A stretch of DNA of 64,000 bases from a virus (Duplodnaviria > Caudoviricetes): the IMG/VR virus record IMGVR_UViG_3300036766_002286; one strand, 5' to 3'. The notes beneath the pieces are model-generated. The model saw only the letters and a program-made list of their open reading frames with translations. It did no database searches and was not told the origin of the DNA. This document shows positions 43,346 through 53,723 of this stretch, in pieces (within the stretch, counting starts at the first letter, position 1; every line of letters starts with the position of its first letter). Made by a program: the position numbers and the translations under genes.

Positions 43346-43899
43346 TGACTCCTGTTCTTTATCTCTCAAGGCTGCATTTTGTTTCCCTACTGCCCGGCCA
43401 ATTTCGTACTTGACATTTTCCGGTACCGCAACTTCTATTGAACCCACTTCTGTTCTGGGGCCGCACAAATACTGCTTCATCATCTTTTTTCGCTCTTTAT
43501 CTAATACAAGTCTTGACATTATGGTCTCCCATTTCTCTTTACTCTATGTATTTTCACCCTCAGCTTATTCTGAAGATTCAAATCGCTCAATCTCCTCAAA
43601 AGCACCAGCCTCCTCATTTTTTACTAACACTACAAAAGGACGCAAAATGACCCGATCATCAAAGTCATCTTCTACGATAGTAAATTCTACTGTATCTAGT
43701 GCCGTTTGTGCCATACCTGCAGCCTCCTCTTCTTTAGCCATGGCTTCATCACTAAAATAATCATATTCTGCATCACTCATTACAGCACCCTTCCGGGTTC
43801 ATAGTCTGGCTTCTCTTATGTTCAGTACTATGCCGGCGTTTTAGCGTCCCGCACGTATTTAGCTGAAGATACTTCTACTCAATTCTATGTACCTTAATT

Positions 43900-44907
43900 T
43901 CAAGATGATTGCTTGACTAAAAATGCATTTGAAATAGCTTTAAAACATCCACGCCCATCTAGCTCATCAAACATTTTACCATTAGTTTCATGCCAAACAA
44001 TCCCTTCAGCTAAACGTTCTGGGTTGATTAAAGATTTAATACCATCGGATAACGCGATCGTAGCTTCAACTGTTTCTGGTAGTTCTAGATCGAATACTGG
44101 AGCAGCCATTTTCAAAAATTTCTCTGGCCATTTTGCTCTTGGGACAAGTTCTCTGTTTTCCCACAGTGCGAATGCAGCAAACCTGTGGCCTGTTACTTTA
44201 AGGATATTTGAATGTATACCCACCCCGTACATTTCGCCTTGAAGGGCCCAGCCGGGCGCAAGAGTAGCAAGAATGTCTAACTCTTTTGCAACTAACCATT
44301 GAGTCGTCTCATGGCTAGCATCAAGCTCCCAGTTACGCGTGCATACTCTCAGCACTCCTGCATCATTAATGTATGTAACAGATGAGCCATCTATTTTTTC
44401 AGTAGCTATCCAGCTACCATTGTCGTGAAGTACATCAAACACTTCTACTAGGTTTTGTACTCGTTCAGCATTAGTTTTGGGAGCAAACTGACTAGCAAAT
44501 ACTCCAGCACATAAACCGTTTAGTTCAGCTGGGATTGGTGGCTCGTATTTGAAAATACCTAACACAGCACTCATATCTGGGCACGTGTCGTTTAATTCTG
44601 GAAAATCTGCTACAGACATAACTAAACCTTGACTGCATACTTTACGTAATTTCATAGTTTTTAGTACATGGCCAAGAGCACCATTTACAGTTTTTACATT
44701 CCTGGTTGCTAGAAAAGCAAATCTCGGATCACTGATAGGCAAAAAGCTGTCTATTTCAAAATATACGCACGCATCTCCTACAGCAAATTCACCTTTGCGC
44801 ACAACCACATTCCATCCACGCACCTGCACAATTTCTATAGCATCCGCATTAGCAATAGGCTTTACTGCCAAAACCCGCTCTATTGTTACTAATCGTCGTT
44901 CGCTCAT
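43900..44907 (-). CDS. ATP-dependent RNA ligase, Rnl2/DRB0094 family
   Basis: N-terminal IANADAIE...VYFEIDSFLP; motif I TEKIDGSS; QGEMYG; EGIV; FKAIS. Confidence 0.9.
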   Translation of the reverse strand: MSERRLVTIERVLAVKPIANADAIEIVQVRGWNVVVRKGEFAVGDACVYFEIDSFLPISDPRFAFLATRNVKTVNGALGHVLKTMKLRKVCSQGLVMSVADFPELNDTCPDMSAVLGIFKYEPPIPAELNGLCAGVFASQFAPKTNAERVQNLVEVFDVLHDNGSWIATEKIDGSSVTYINDAGVLRVCTRNWELDASHETTQWLVAKELDILATLAPGWALQGEMYGVGIHSNILKVTGHRFAAFALWENRELVPRAKWPEKFLKMAAPVFDLELPETVEATIALSDGIKSLINPERLAEGIVWHETNGKMFDELDGRGCFKAISNAFLVKQSS

Positions 44908-45096
44908 TGCTTTAAGTCCTAACCAGATTGGCTCTTATGCTCTATATATAATTGTGCTTATTAAACTTAGATTCGCAATTAACAGACTCACTTCAAAGCA
45001 TCCAATCATCTGTGACGATCCTTTAAACGTTGGGGTTCATATAGTGACATATGTAACAGTAACTAAAAATATGCTCTAATTGTAATTCTCTATCAG

Positions 45097-45596
45097 TTAG
45101 CGTATTTGGGCATAGAAACGTCCGTCTGGCATAATAGTAGTACTGTTTAGTCTTGCCTTCCAGAGGTTACAGCCATATAAATTTGCTTTAAAAAGTTCGC
45201 TCCGTCTAGCCTCGCACCATCAAACTCCGCGCGCGCCAAGTTTGTGCCCATAAAAATAGTGCTAAAACAGCAGGCTCCAACCAAGCTAGTCTCTCTAAGG
45301 TCAGCTCCCTCAAAGTTACAACAAGTTAAATTCGCATTGCTAAGGTCAGCTCCTCTAAGGTTCGCGCCTCTAAAATCAGCAGATCTAAGGTCAGTATTAC
45401 CAAGCTTTGCATAACTAAGATTAGCTCGTTTTAAAGAAGCTTGGGCCAAAATAGCAAAAGTTAGTACAGCATAATTAAGGTCTGCATCATCTAAATTAAT
45501 ACCAACCAAATCTTTTCCAGTCCAATTATAGCTCCAGTTGAGTACACCTTTGTCGCCGTTGGGATAAGAGTATTCAATATCCGGTCGTTTTGTCAT
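45097..45596 (-). CDS. pentapeptide repeat protein (type I), frameshift in a T-run at about 45192
   Basis: Adding one T restores ANLYGCNLWKARLNSTTIMPDG. Confidence 0.8.
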
Positions 45597-45616
45597 AAAA
45601 AAATCCTTTTGTATCC

Positions 45617-46306
45617 TTAGTATATTTTTCCAGAAGATCTGCATCCATCGGTCATAGTAGTGTCCCCAGACTGTGCACCCTTAAGTTTTGTTTTATGAAG
45701 GTTTGCGCATGTGAAATTTGCCCAACGAAGGTCAGCTCCCTCGAAGTTTGCTGCCATTAGGTTTGCTCCCTTAAATTGGGTGGTGTGACATGATGCATTT
45801 TTAAAATTCGCAGAAACTAGGTCAGCGCCATCGAATTTGGCGTGATCACACCTAGCGCCGCTAAGATCTGCTCTCTTAATGGTTGCATCTTTTAAGTTAG
45901 CATACCTCAAGTCACAACGAACAAGTATAGCATCAGTTAAATCAGTTTTTATTAGTTCAGCAACATTCAGTTTAGCACCTGTCAAATTAGCTGATCTTAA
46001 GATAGCTCCCCACAGATTCGCATTCCACATATCGCAATCAGTTAAATTAGCACCTGTAAAATCAACTTCACCAATACCAGCCTTTTTAAGGTTCGCACCG
46101 CACAACGTAGCATTTTTTAAGTTAACATAATAAAGATCCGTGTCACTAAGATTCGCACCTCTAAGATTCGCACCGCTCAAATCAGTACCTTCAAAAAAAC
46201 TAGCACTATGCAAATCAATATTTTCCCAATTATCTCCCCAATGTAGACATGCGTTCCTGCCATTACGATCAATATACTTAATATCGACTTGTTTATAATC
46301 AGACAT
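45617..46306 (-). CDS. pentapeptide repeat protein (type I)
   Basis: IKYIDRNGRNACLHWGDNW head plus repeats. Confidence 0.92.
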   Translation of the reverse strand: MSDYKQVDIKYIDRNGRNACLHWGDNWENIDLHSASFFEGTDLSGANLRGANLSDTDLYYVNLKNATLCGANLKKAGIGEVDFTGANLTDCDMWNANLWGAILRSANLTGAKLNVAELIKTDLTDAILVRCDLRYANLKDATIKRADLSGARCDHAKFDGADLVSANFKNASCHTTQFKGANLMAANFEGADLRWANFTCANLHKTKLKGAQSGDTTMTDGCRSSGKIY

Positions 46307-46391
46307 TTCTATCTCCCATTTTTACTGCATTATCTGATTATACTATTATGGCGTTTTTCCATATGCTATGTATGCAAGTCTATATCTTCTA

Positions 46392-46982
46392 TTATACAGA
46401 TATAAGTTCAAATGATTTGTCTACCCACCATATAGTCTCATCGCCGCAAGCAAGTTTCACATCGTCAGGCATCACCATTCTATTAAGAATTACTCTACTT
46501 TTATGGGCACACAGCAGATCTGCATTCGTGAGAACTGCAGAAGTCAAGTTTGTGCCTATGAGATACGCTCCAGCAAAATTCACGTAGCGTAAATCAGCAT
46601 TCGAAAAATCTGCCGCCCACAAACTCGCCCAAGTCATATTTGCAAAAACAAACGATGCATTAGTACATTTAGCTTTGTAAAAGCTGGCACACAGTAAATT
46701 TGTATTATCTAAAGCTGCTCTCGATAGATCTGCTCCAAAACAGTTTACACTATACATATTGGCGTGAGTGAGATTTGCACCCTTTAAATTACAGCCTTTC
46801 AGAGTTGCTCCCCGCATGTCTGCGCCTTTAAGATCTGCGCCTCTTAAGTTAGCAAAGTCAAGTTTCGCCTCACGTAGATCAGCACCACTAAGGTCCATGG
46901 AAGCAAGATTCAAAGCTCTAAGGTTCTCTCCTCTCGCAATTTTTGCTTCTAATTGGTTGCGTGTTAGTTTCTTTGCAGTCAT
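46392..46982 (-). CDS. pentapeptide repeat protein (type II)
   Basis: MTAKKLTRNQL head after a GGAG RBS, then repeats. Confidence 0.9.
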   Translation of the reverse strand: MTAKKLTRNQLEAKIARGENLRALNLASMDLSGADLREAKLDFANLRGADLKGADMRGATLKGCNLKGANLTHANMYSVNCFGADLSRAALDNTNLLCASFYKAKCTNASFVFANMTWASLWAADFSNADLRYVNFAGAYLIGTNLTSAVLTNADLLCAHKSRVILNRMVMPDDVKLACGDETIWWVDKSFELISV

Positions 46983-47000
46983 TATTTCTCCAAAATTCAA

Positions 47001-48437
47001 CTATGCAGAGATTACAGGTTCATCCACGTTGTTTATCTTAGTATGATGTACTGGAAGTCTTACCACAAATTCGCTGCCCACTCCGATTTTTGAACTAAAG
47101 GTGATCGTACCTCCATGTTCTTCAACGATGGCATGCACCAGTGATAGTCCAATCCCAAATCCCGGAATTGATGCTTTAGTTGCACTACTTGCTCGAAAAA
47201 AACGCTTAAACATATTAGGAAATTCAGATTCCGCAATCCCAATTCCGGTATCTGCGACTTTTATTTCAACAAAATTACCAGATCCGCGGTCTCGATGTGC
47301 AGTTATTGTTACTTTACCGTCTTTCGGAGTAAATTTAACAGCGTTAGATATTAGATTAACAAATAGCCGCTCAATTTGACTTCCGTCTCCATCCACAAAG
47401 AGCTCGCCTCCAGTAACCGGCAGTAATAACATTATGTCGATATCGTTTTTAGTAGCGTCTAGTTCTATAGATTTGACTATATTACCCAATAGTTTGTTAA
47501 TATCTACCGGCTTAACGTCCACTAATCCCGCGCCAGCATCGGTTTTTGATAGCTGCATCATATTTTCTATTAAACCTTGCAATCTAAGAGCATTTCGCTG
47601 TACAACCGTAAGGGAGCTTACTAGCTTAGTGTTAAGTTCTGGATCAATTTCTTCAAGTATCATCTCCATATAGGCAATAATAGAAGATAAAGGAGATCTG
47701 AGCTCGTGGTTCATGCTTTCAATAAAATCATTTTTAGATCTATTAATATCTTCCAAGTGACCTATTTGTGCGTCGTTTTCTGTAGCTAGTAGACTTTGTT
47801 TTAATAACGATGCATGTATACAAACACTTGCCGACTCACTGGCTAACTTTCGCACAAGAGAAACCTCGACCATATTCCAGGTGCGTATATCGCGCGCCAT
47901 TATTAAAAGCAGTCCTAATATTTGAGATCCGTCTCCTACTGGGACAAGTAGCCAACTATTAGCGTGGTCATCTATAACCTTTTCAAATCCGCCCACGCGC
48001 TCTACACCAGGACAGGTGAAAAGTGTTTTATCTGAAATAAGAACACCATCTTGTTCCCACAGAGTAGTGGCTAAGGCAGTTAGTTGTACAGCATATTTGT
48101 CGAACAACGTCTCGTCTGGTAACATCCCGTGATTGTTACGGTACTGTTTAAACATTTTCGGCAGTGTTCCTGATACAAATGAGTAACCTATTACATCAGC
48201 CGACAGTGTTCGCCCCAAACTGTCCACAACTACTTCGGCAATTTTTTCTGGATCCATTAAATTTTTAAACTCAGCAGTGATTGTTTGGGTTGTATTCTCT
48301 AGCCACTTATTTTCAGATTGTATAAGCCGATCAGCTTCTCTCTCTTTTTCTAGTTTTATACGAAGTTGTTTAAAATGTCTGAACCATATAATGAGTAACG
48401 CTCCTCCAGTAAGAATTATCAGAGACGTTGCTATCAA
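47001..48437 (-). CDS. sensor histidine kinase (TM-GAF-HisKA-HATPase), no response regulator in window
   Basis: HELRSPL, NLISNAVKF, DTGIGI, FKRFFR, GFGIGL. Confidence 0.93.
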   Translation of the reverse strand: MIATSLIILTGGALLIIWFRHFKQLRIKLEKEREADRLIQSENKWLENTTQTITAEFKNLMDPEKIAEVVVDSLGRTLSADVIGYSFVSGTLPKMFKQYRNNHGMLPDETLFDKYAVQLTALATTLWEQDGVLISDKTLFTCPGVERVGGFEKVIDDHANSWLLVPVGDGSQILGLLLIMARDIRTWNMVEVSLVRKLASESASVCIHASLLKQSLLATENDAQIGHLEDINRSKNDFIESMNHELRSPLSSIIAYMEMILEEIDPELNTKLVSSLTVVQRNALRLQGLIENMMQLSKTDAGAGLVDVKPVDINKLLGNIVKSIELDATKNDIDIMLLLPVTGGELFVDGDGSQIERLFVNLISNAVKFTPKDGKVTITAHRDRGSGNFVEIKVADTGIGIAESEFPNMFKRFFRASSATKASIPGFGIGLSLVHAIVEEHGGTITFSSKIGVGSEFVVRLPVHHTKINNVDEPVISA

Positions 48438-48710
48438 AAAATAACAGACTGTCAGAAAATATTAGGATTCCGATGGAACTCGATGAGCTTGAGATGCTTA
48501 TAAAAAAGGTTGAAGCATGTGATATTTCTTGGTCTCAAAAAAGTAGACAGATAATAATAGATACAATAACCAACCAAAGTGCAAATCTTGCCATCTTAGC
48601 TGCGCTTATTGATAAAGCGAATTAGGATCACAAAAGAGCTTCCATATAGAACCCGGACGCTGGGTGTATACGCTGTTACAATAGACACCAAAGTATCAGG
48701 CACAGCCCGA

Positions 48711-49091
48711 TCAGCTATCTTCGTCATATTCGCTAATAGTGATTCGATATTCTCTATTCCAAGGCTTCTCGGTAATAAAGTATCCTAATCGGCCGTAAAC
48801 ACGCCAGCCTTCAACAATGAAAGCATACTCATCATCATCGCCATCAATATAAGTCCAAATTTTATGCTTTTGCTGATCACTTATGAAATCCAGTTCGCGC
48901 TCACTGCACTCAAATAGGGTTCCATCCCAGGCAGCATTTTTGTCAATATGGTTTACGATCGGTTTAAATTTTTCAACCCACTCAGCTTCTGTCATGTCAC
49001 AGATTACTGGTTTCTTCTCTTTATTTTTGACTTTTGCTGGCTTTTTCTTAGCACTTTTCGTAACCGCCGGCACTGATTTTTTCTTTTTCAT
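48711..49091 (-). CDS. hypothetical protein, paralog of 54607 and 56533
   Basis: W.E.F.P..NHI...FE...WTY...R.GYF.T..PW. Confidence 0.7.
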   Translation of the reverse strand: MKKKKSVPAVTKSAKKKPAKVKNKEKKPVICDMTEAEWVEKFKPIVNHIDKNAAWDGTLFECSERELDFISDQQKHKIWTYIDGDDDEYAFIVEGWRVYGRLGYFITEKPWNREYRITISEYDEDS

Positions 49092-49148
49092 TGTACTGCT
49101 CCGTTTCTTTTAATGTGGAATTTTCTTCGTTTATAATAAGGCACAAGT

Positions 49149-50318
49149 TTAGTTTGAGCTAACCAACGCTTTCAAAAATCTTCTAGCTAGCTTTATATCT
49201 ATATCTACACTAGGGCTGTTCTTAATCAACTTGTGTAGCACATCTCCATCTAGCTGGGTCACTCCTCTCGAGTTTCGTCCTGACCAGTGTTTTTGTATAG
49301 TAGTTGTTTTTAGAAGCTCGGCTTGAAACATTGAAGTCATAGCAGTAGTTATAGAGCCGTTCGCTCCTAAACCTACGAAGTAAAATACAAATACAGATTT
49401 TGGCGTCGACAAAAATTCAAGAATTTTGTCAATATTATACGCCTTGGGATTAGAGTGTAATGCCATTACCTTTGTTTTAATATCCACGTCCACATTATAG
49501 TTAGAATCTCTCCGCTCAAAATCTCCTAGAGCGTTCTCTGTTTTAAATACAGGCAACTCATCAATATTGGACTCTAAGGCATTACAAATCTTTTTTATTA
49601 GCACACAATCAACCCCGGAAATTAGGTATTCTATAACTCTGCCCCTAATATTCACGTTTTCAATTTTTGAACTAAGAGTTATGTATTTTGCATACTTTTT
49701 GACTCTCAAATCTAAATCTTTTTTCATCAACAATGAGTTTTTGGAATCAAGAAATTTCACGGTTCGTGCGGGCGAGTCCATAATAGTGGCTAATTGTTCT
49801 TTGCTCCCTATAAAGGCTTTTCCGGTGGGAACAATGCCATGGGTGGCGTCTACAAGACGTTCCAAGTTGCCCATAAAACCAATTTTTGTGTGCATCTTAA
49901 ATAACTCTATTATATTAGCGCTCATGTTTTTTATACCATTAAGTTCGCTTTTAATATCACTACCATTAAAACTTCCTTTGATGTTATCCATACATAGGTC
50001 CTGTGAACTGTGACTAATCTTTCGCAACAAAGTTGAGTTCGCAAGTCTCGCACTTACCCCAGTTGGCGTAATCAAACACACCACAACCGGTCTGTCATCA
50101 ATCTTTTGTAGAGCTGACAACGACAAAACCGTGTTCTTAAAGCTCGAGGTGTTTGAAGTACTGAAGCGCACAGCTAGGCTGGTAGACTGGTACACTGCTC
50201 GATCGCGCGCAAGATTGAACTTAGATGCTATCCCACCCATGACTGCTTTTTTATTACAAATAAATTTTATAGATTCTAAATGTAAAATGAGTTCATTTAT
50301 TTCTTGTTCTACTATCAC
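49149..50318 (-). CDS. putative restriction endonuclease
   Basis: LGDF...VDIKTK PD-(D/E)xK-like motif; downstream of the methyltransferase. Confidence 0.55.
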   Translation of the reverse strand: MIVEQEINELILHLESIKFICNKKAVMGGIASKFNLARDRAVYQSTSLAVRFSTSNTSSFKNTVLSLSALQKIDDRPVVVCLITPTGVSARLANSTLLRKISHSSQDLCMDNIKGSFNGSDIKSELNGIKNMSANIIELFKMHTKIGFMGNLERLVDATHGIVPTGKAFIGSKEQLATIMDSPARTVKFLDSKNSLLMKKDLDLRVKKYAKYITLSSKIENVNIRGRVIEYLISGVDCVLIKKICNALESNIDELPVFKTENALGDFERRDSNYNVDVDIKTKVMALHSNPKAYNIDKILEFLSTPKSVFVFYFVGLGANGSITTAMTSMFQAELLKTTTIQKHWSGRNSRGVTQLDGDVLHKLIKNSPSVDIDIKLARRFLKALVSSN

Positions 50319-50332
50319 TATAAGTCCAATCT

Positions 50333-51283
50333 CTAGCTTTTAGTTTTTTGTGCACTCAACGAATTACGTTCCCAGAAATGCCCATCATGGTAACCTTGAA
50401 TATTTTTACTCAAACCCGCGGCCTCTATTCTAGCCATAGCTACTTTGCAATATTTGTCTTCTCGTTCAATTCCTAGGAAATGGCGCTCAAGTTTTTTTGC
50501 TACCACACTAGTAGTTCCAGATCCTACAAATGGGTCAAACACCATATCCCCTACCTTTGAACTAGCTAGAATAAGTTTCGCTATTAATTTCTCTGGTTTC
50601 TGTGTAGGATGTTCGGTATTTTCCGGCATTGACCAAAATGGCAGAGTTATGTCTGTCCACAGGTTCGATGGATGAGTTAATCTAAAATTACCATCATCTG
50701 TTTCATCCCAGTCTTTAGGCTTTCCGGAGTCCGTCCGGTAGGGCGCAATCACTTTTCGTTTTAATTTTACAGCTTCCACATCAAAGAAGTAATCGTCACT
50801 TACCGTACAAAACCAAACATCTTCTGAGCAATTTTTCCAATTTGCTTTAGCTCCCCTACCTTTTTCGCGCTCCCATGTTATTCTATTTCGCACTATAAAG
50901 TGACGCTCTAGTACTGTTTGTACAGATTTTGACGACCGCCAGTCACTGCATACATAGATAGATGCAGTATCTTTCAGACATTTTTTCATTTCCACTACCC
51001 AGGTCTCTAGCCACGCCTCGTATACGGCATTGCCAGTTTTTGAGAATTTATTATTACCATATTGTTTAGTTAGATTATATGGCGGGTCTACTATAAGTAA
51101 ATCTACGAAACTATTTGGTAGGAATTTTAGAGCTTCTAAAGTGTCTTGGAACAGGATTTTATCGACTAGGTCTTTTTTTGAAGCGTCCTTTTTAAGAGTC
51201 AGGCATTTTTTGATCAGTTTTTTACCGGCTTTTGCACTCACAGTAATCGTCTGATTTCTTGGGGATTTCTTTGCCATAGGCAT
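50333..51283 (-). CDS. site-specific DNA methyltransferase (N4-C/N6-A, beta group)
   Basis: DPPYN, HPTQKP, DPFVGSGTT. Confidence 0.93.
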   Translation of the reverse strand: MPMAKKSPRNQTITVSAKAGKKLIKKCLTLKKDASKKDLVDKILFQDTLEALKFLPNSFVDLLIVDPPYNLTKQYGNNKFSKTGNAVYEAWLETWVVEMKKCLKDTASIYVCSDWRSSKSVQTVLERHFIVRNRITWEREKGRGAKANWKNCSEDVWFCTVSDDYFFDVEAVKLKRKVIAPYRTDSGKPKDWDETDDGNFRLTHPSNLWTDITLPFWSMPENTEHPTQKPEKLIAKLILASSKVGDMVFDPFVGSGTTSVVAKKLERHFLGIEREDKYCKVAMARIEAAGLSKNIQGYHDGHFWERNSLSAQKTKS

Positions 51284-51615
51284 ACCTGCTATAGAGTTTT
51301 ATTGTCTATATATAATTGTGCAGCAATTTCGGCATATAGCACATATTAGTAGGCCAGTTGAGGTGTGACATTAGTATCACTATAATCTCCTTTAAATAAG
51401 CCAAACTATATTTAGAATTATTGAACTATTAACAAAAAGTTTCTGTCACACTCAAATTACATAAGAAAAAGCATTGGGAGGTCTTTGTACTAAATGCTCT
51501 TTAGCCCGACGCTCTATCAACCAGCATTATGGTAGCATCTAGGTGGTCAACTAAAATTTCCAAACTTGGTGTTTTTTCAAAGCCCTAGTAGTATCACTTA
51601 ACAAAGGAGTATATT

Positions 51616-52125
51616 ATGGAAGAAAGAATAGCTCATAACAAAAAGGCGATCGGTACCCTAATAACTAATGCAAGACAGGGCGATGACTTACTAGCCAGCG
51701 AGCTGCTTTGCTTGCAGGCCGGTATCGCAGGTTGGACCGATCAAGATGTTACTACTTTTGTTAAAGTCTTAGCTGAAGTTGCTCTTGTAGGTAAAGTAAT
51801 TGCCCTCATGGATGAGGGTGACCACCTTCTAGGGGCTGATGAATTTATTGAGTTTCTTGGGACACTCACGACAAAGCTTGCAGCAGGTGAGGAGCTATCT
51901 GCGTCTGATAGAGCATATATGCAAGCAGACGACGCTGATGATGTCATTGATGTAATCGCAGGGAAGCTCGAAGCGGGCAAGAAGCCGTCTGCTTCTGAGA
52001 TGGCATATTTAGAAACATGTGATTTTGATTGGCTCCAAGGCAATAAAGAAACAATAATAGAGGTAATAAACGATATAGAAACCAATCTTAGTACCTTAGA
52101 TGCGCTTGTTGCCAAATTGAATTAG
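51616..52125 (+). CDS. G..LS..D.AY repeat family protein
   Basis: Internal repeats KLAAGEELSASDRAY / KLEAGKKPSASEMAY; paralogs at 53724, 54187, 55647, 58267, 60244, 61281. Confidence 0.65.
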   Translation: MEERIAHNKKAIGTLITNARQGDDLLASELLCLQAGIAGWTDQDVTTFVKVLAEVALVGKVIALMDEGDHLLGADEFIEFLGTLTTKLAAGEELSASDRAYMQADDADDVIDVIAGKLEAGKKPSASEMAYLETCDFDWLQGNKETIIEVINDIETNLSTLDALVAKLN

Positions 52126-52390
52126 GGTTGATAATCTATTTACGGTTTCGTCTTATTTTTTTTAAAGCGTCAAGAATATATTAAATAAAGAATATTCTGT
52201 AATCTCTATTTCTGCTATCCTTTTAATCAGCACGCCACCGTCCGGTCATATGTCACAGTGCCCAGTCAAAGGCTGAAATCAAAGTTTTTATGTATACTCT
52301 AATTGCAAAACACTAGCCTAGCAGACACAATAATACATACAGTAACATTATGACTATATATACAAAAACTTTCAACAAGGATACACAAAC

Positions 52391-53575
52391 ATGGCAATTC
52401 GAGATCAAGATGTTCTATACTGGGCACCCGATCTAGAGCCCCATGCCCTGGAACAAACCAAACGAGTGTCACGACTTAGTTTCGTAGAAAAACCAGTTGC
52501 CTTAATGGCGGATGCTCATTTCGGACCAACAGTATCTGTAGGCAGTGTAATTGCCACCAATGGCGCAATTATTTTATCGGCGGTGGGCAGCGATATCGGC
52601 TGCGGGATCCTAGCAGCTAGGCTTAACATTAAAGCAAAACATCTTCCAGATAATCTTAAAAGTATTCATGACGGAATCACTAAACTTATTCCAGCTGGAG
52701 TAGGTAAAGGTTTTGCTATTAAAACAAACCCGAACATAACAAATCCGTGGTGGTTCGGACCTAACCCGCCCGCCACCGAGTTTAGTGCCCGGCATTGGGT
52801 CACAGCCGAAACCCAAATAGGTACGCTGGGTGCAGGAAATCATTTTATTGAAATTTCTCTCGACACACAGAACCGAGTGTGGCTTGTAATACATTCGGGT
52901 TCTCGCGGCATTGGTAGTCAACTAGCACAAGATCATATTGCTAAAGCAAAAGGATTAATGAAAGATAGTTCGATTCAGCTTGAGGATCTTAATCTCGCTT
53001 ACCTTACTGAAAGAAGCATAGAATTTGAAAACTATATAGCTGACCTGCAATGGTCACAAGATTATGCAGCTTCCAACCGCAAAGCAATGCTTCAGGCCGT
53101 AATGAGTGCTATACGTAAAGAATTACGCCCACGGTTTCGAGACATTACAATAGAACAAACAATAGATACCTCTCACAATTTCACTCGTAAAGAACATCAT
53201 CATGGTAAAGATCTCTGGGTTACCCGCAAGGGTGCAATTAGCGCAAGCATTGGTGAGCCCGGCGTCATCGGAGGATCCATGGCAACGGGAACTTACATCA
53301 CAACTGGTCTCGGGAACCCTGATTCCTATCATTCTTGCTCTCACGGTGCGGGCCGAATCATGAGCCGCGCTCAGGCCCGCGACTCTTTCAGCGTAAAATC
53401 ACTGAACAAAGCAATGTCTGGCAAACAATGGAATGCAGATGCGGCTGGTAAACTGCTTGATGAACACCCCCGGGCTTATAAAAATATTGAAGAAGTAATG
53501 GCCAATCAGAAAGATCTGGTTCAAATAGACGAAAAACTGACACAAATACTAAACTACAAGGGCGCGGATCGTTAA
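52391..53575 (+). CDS. rtcB: RtcB RNA ligase
   Basis: MADAH, DIGCG, GTLGAGNHFIE, HSGSRG, HN, RKGA, HGAGR, AYK. Confidence 0.96.
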   Translation: MAIRDQDVLYWAPDLEPHALEQTKRVSRLSFVEKPVALMADAHFGPTVSVGSVIATNGAIILSAVGSDIGCGILAARLNIKAKHLPDNLKSIHDGITKLIPAGVGKGFAIKTNPNITNPWWFGPNPPATEFSARHWVTAETQIGTLGAGNHFIEISLDTQNRVWLVIHSGSRGIGSQLAQDHIAKAKGLMKDSSIQLEDLNLAYLTERSIEFENYIADLQWSQDYAASNRKAMLQAVMSAIRKELRPRFRDITIEQTIDTSHNFTRKEHHHGKDLWVTRKGAISASIGEPGVIGGSMATGTYITTGLGNPDSYHSCSHGAGRIMSRAQARDSFSVKSLNKAMSGKQWNADAAGKLLDEHPRAYKNIEEVMANQKDLVQIDEKLTQILNYKGADR

Positions 53576-53723
53576 CAATACTAATAGTCTAAGAGCTTTT
53601 ATTCACTACTCAAGCACAACCACCCAAAACAGCAACCAGAACCTACTTGCATACACCCGCGACAACCGCACTGTTGCTTCAAAGAAGAGGCTTTTTCCTC
53701 TTTAAGATCATAAGGAGTTTTTT

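Noticed and set aside
43526-43545. Target for the second TnpB guide (TAAAGAGAAAT match)
   Set aside because: Only 11 nt of low-complexity purine-rich sequence.
46392-48437. Readthrough fusion of the histidine kinase to the pentapeptide gene (in frame across a TAG)
   Set aside because: The pentapeptide gene has its own GGAG RBS and family-typical start at 46982; the shared frame is a one-in-three coincidence.
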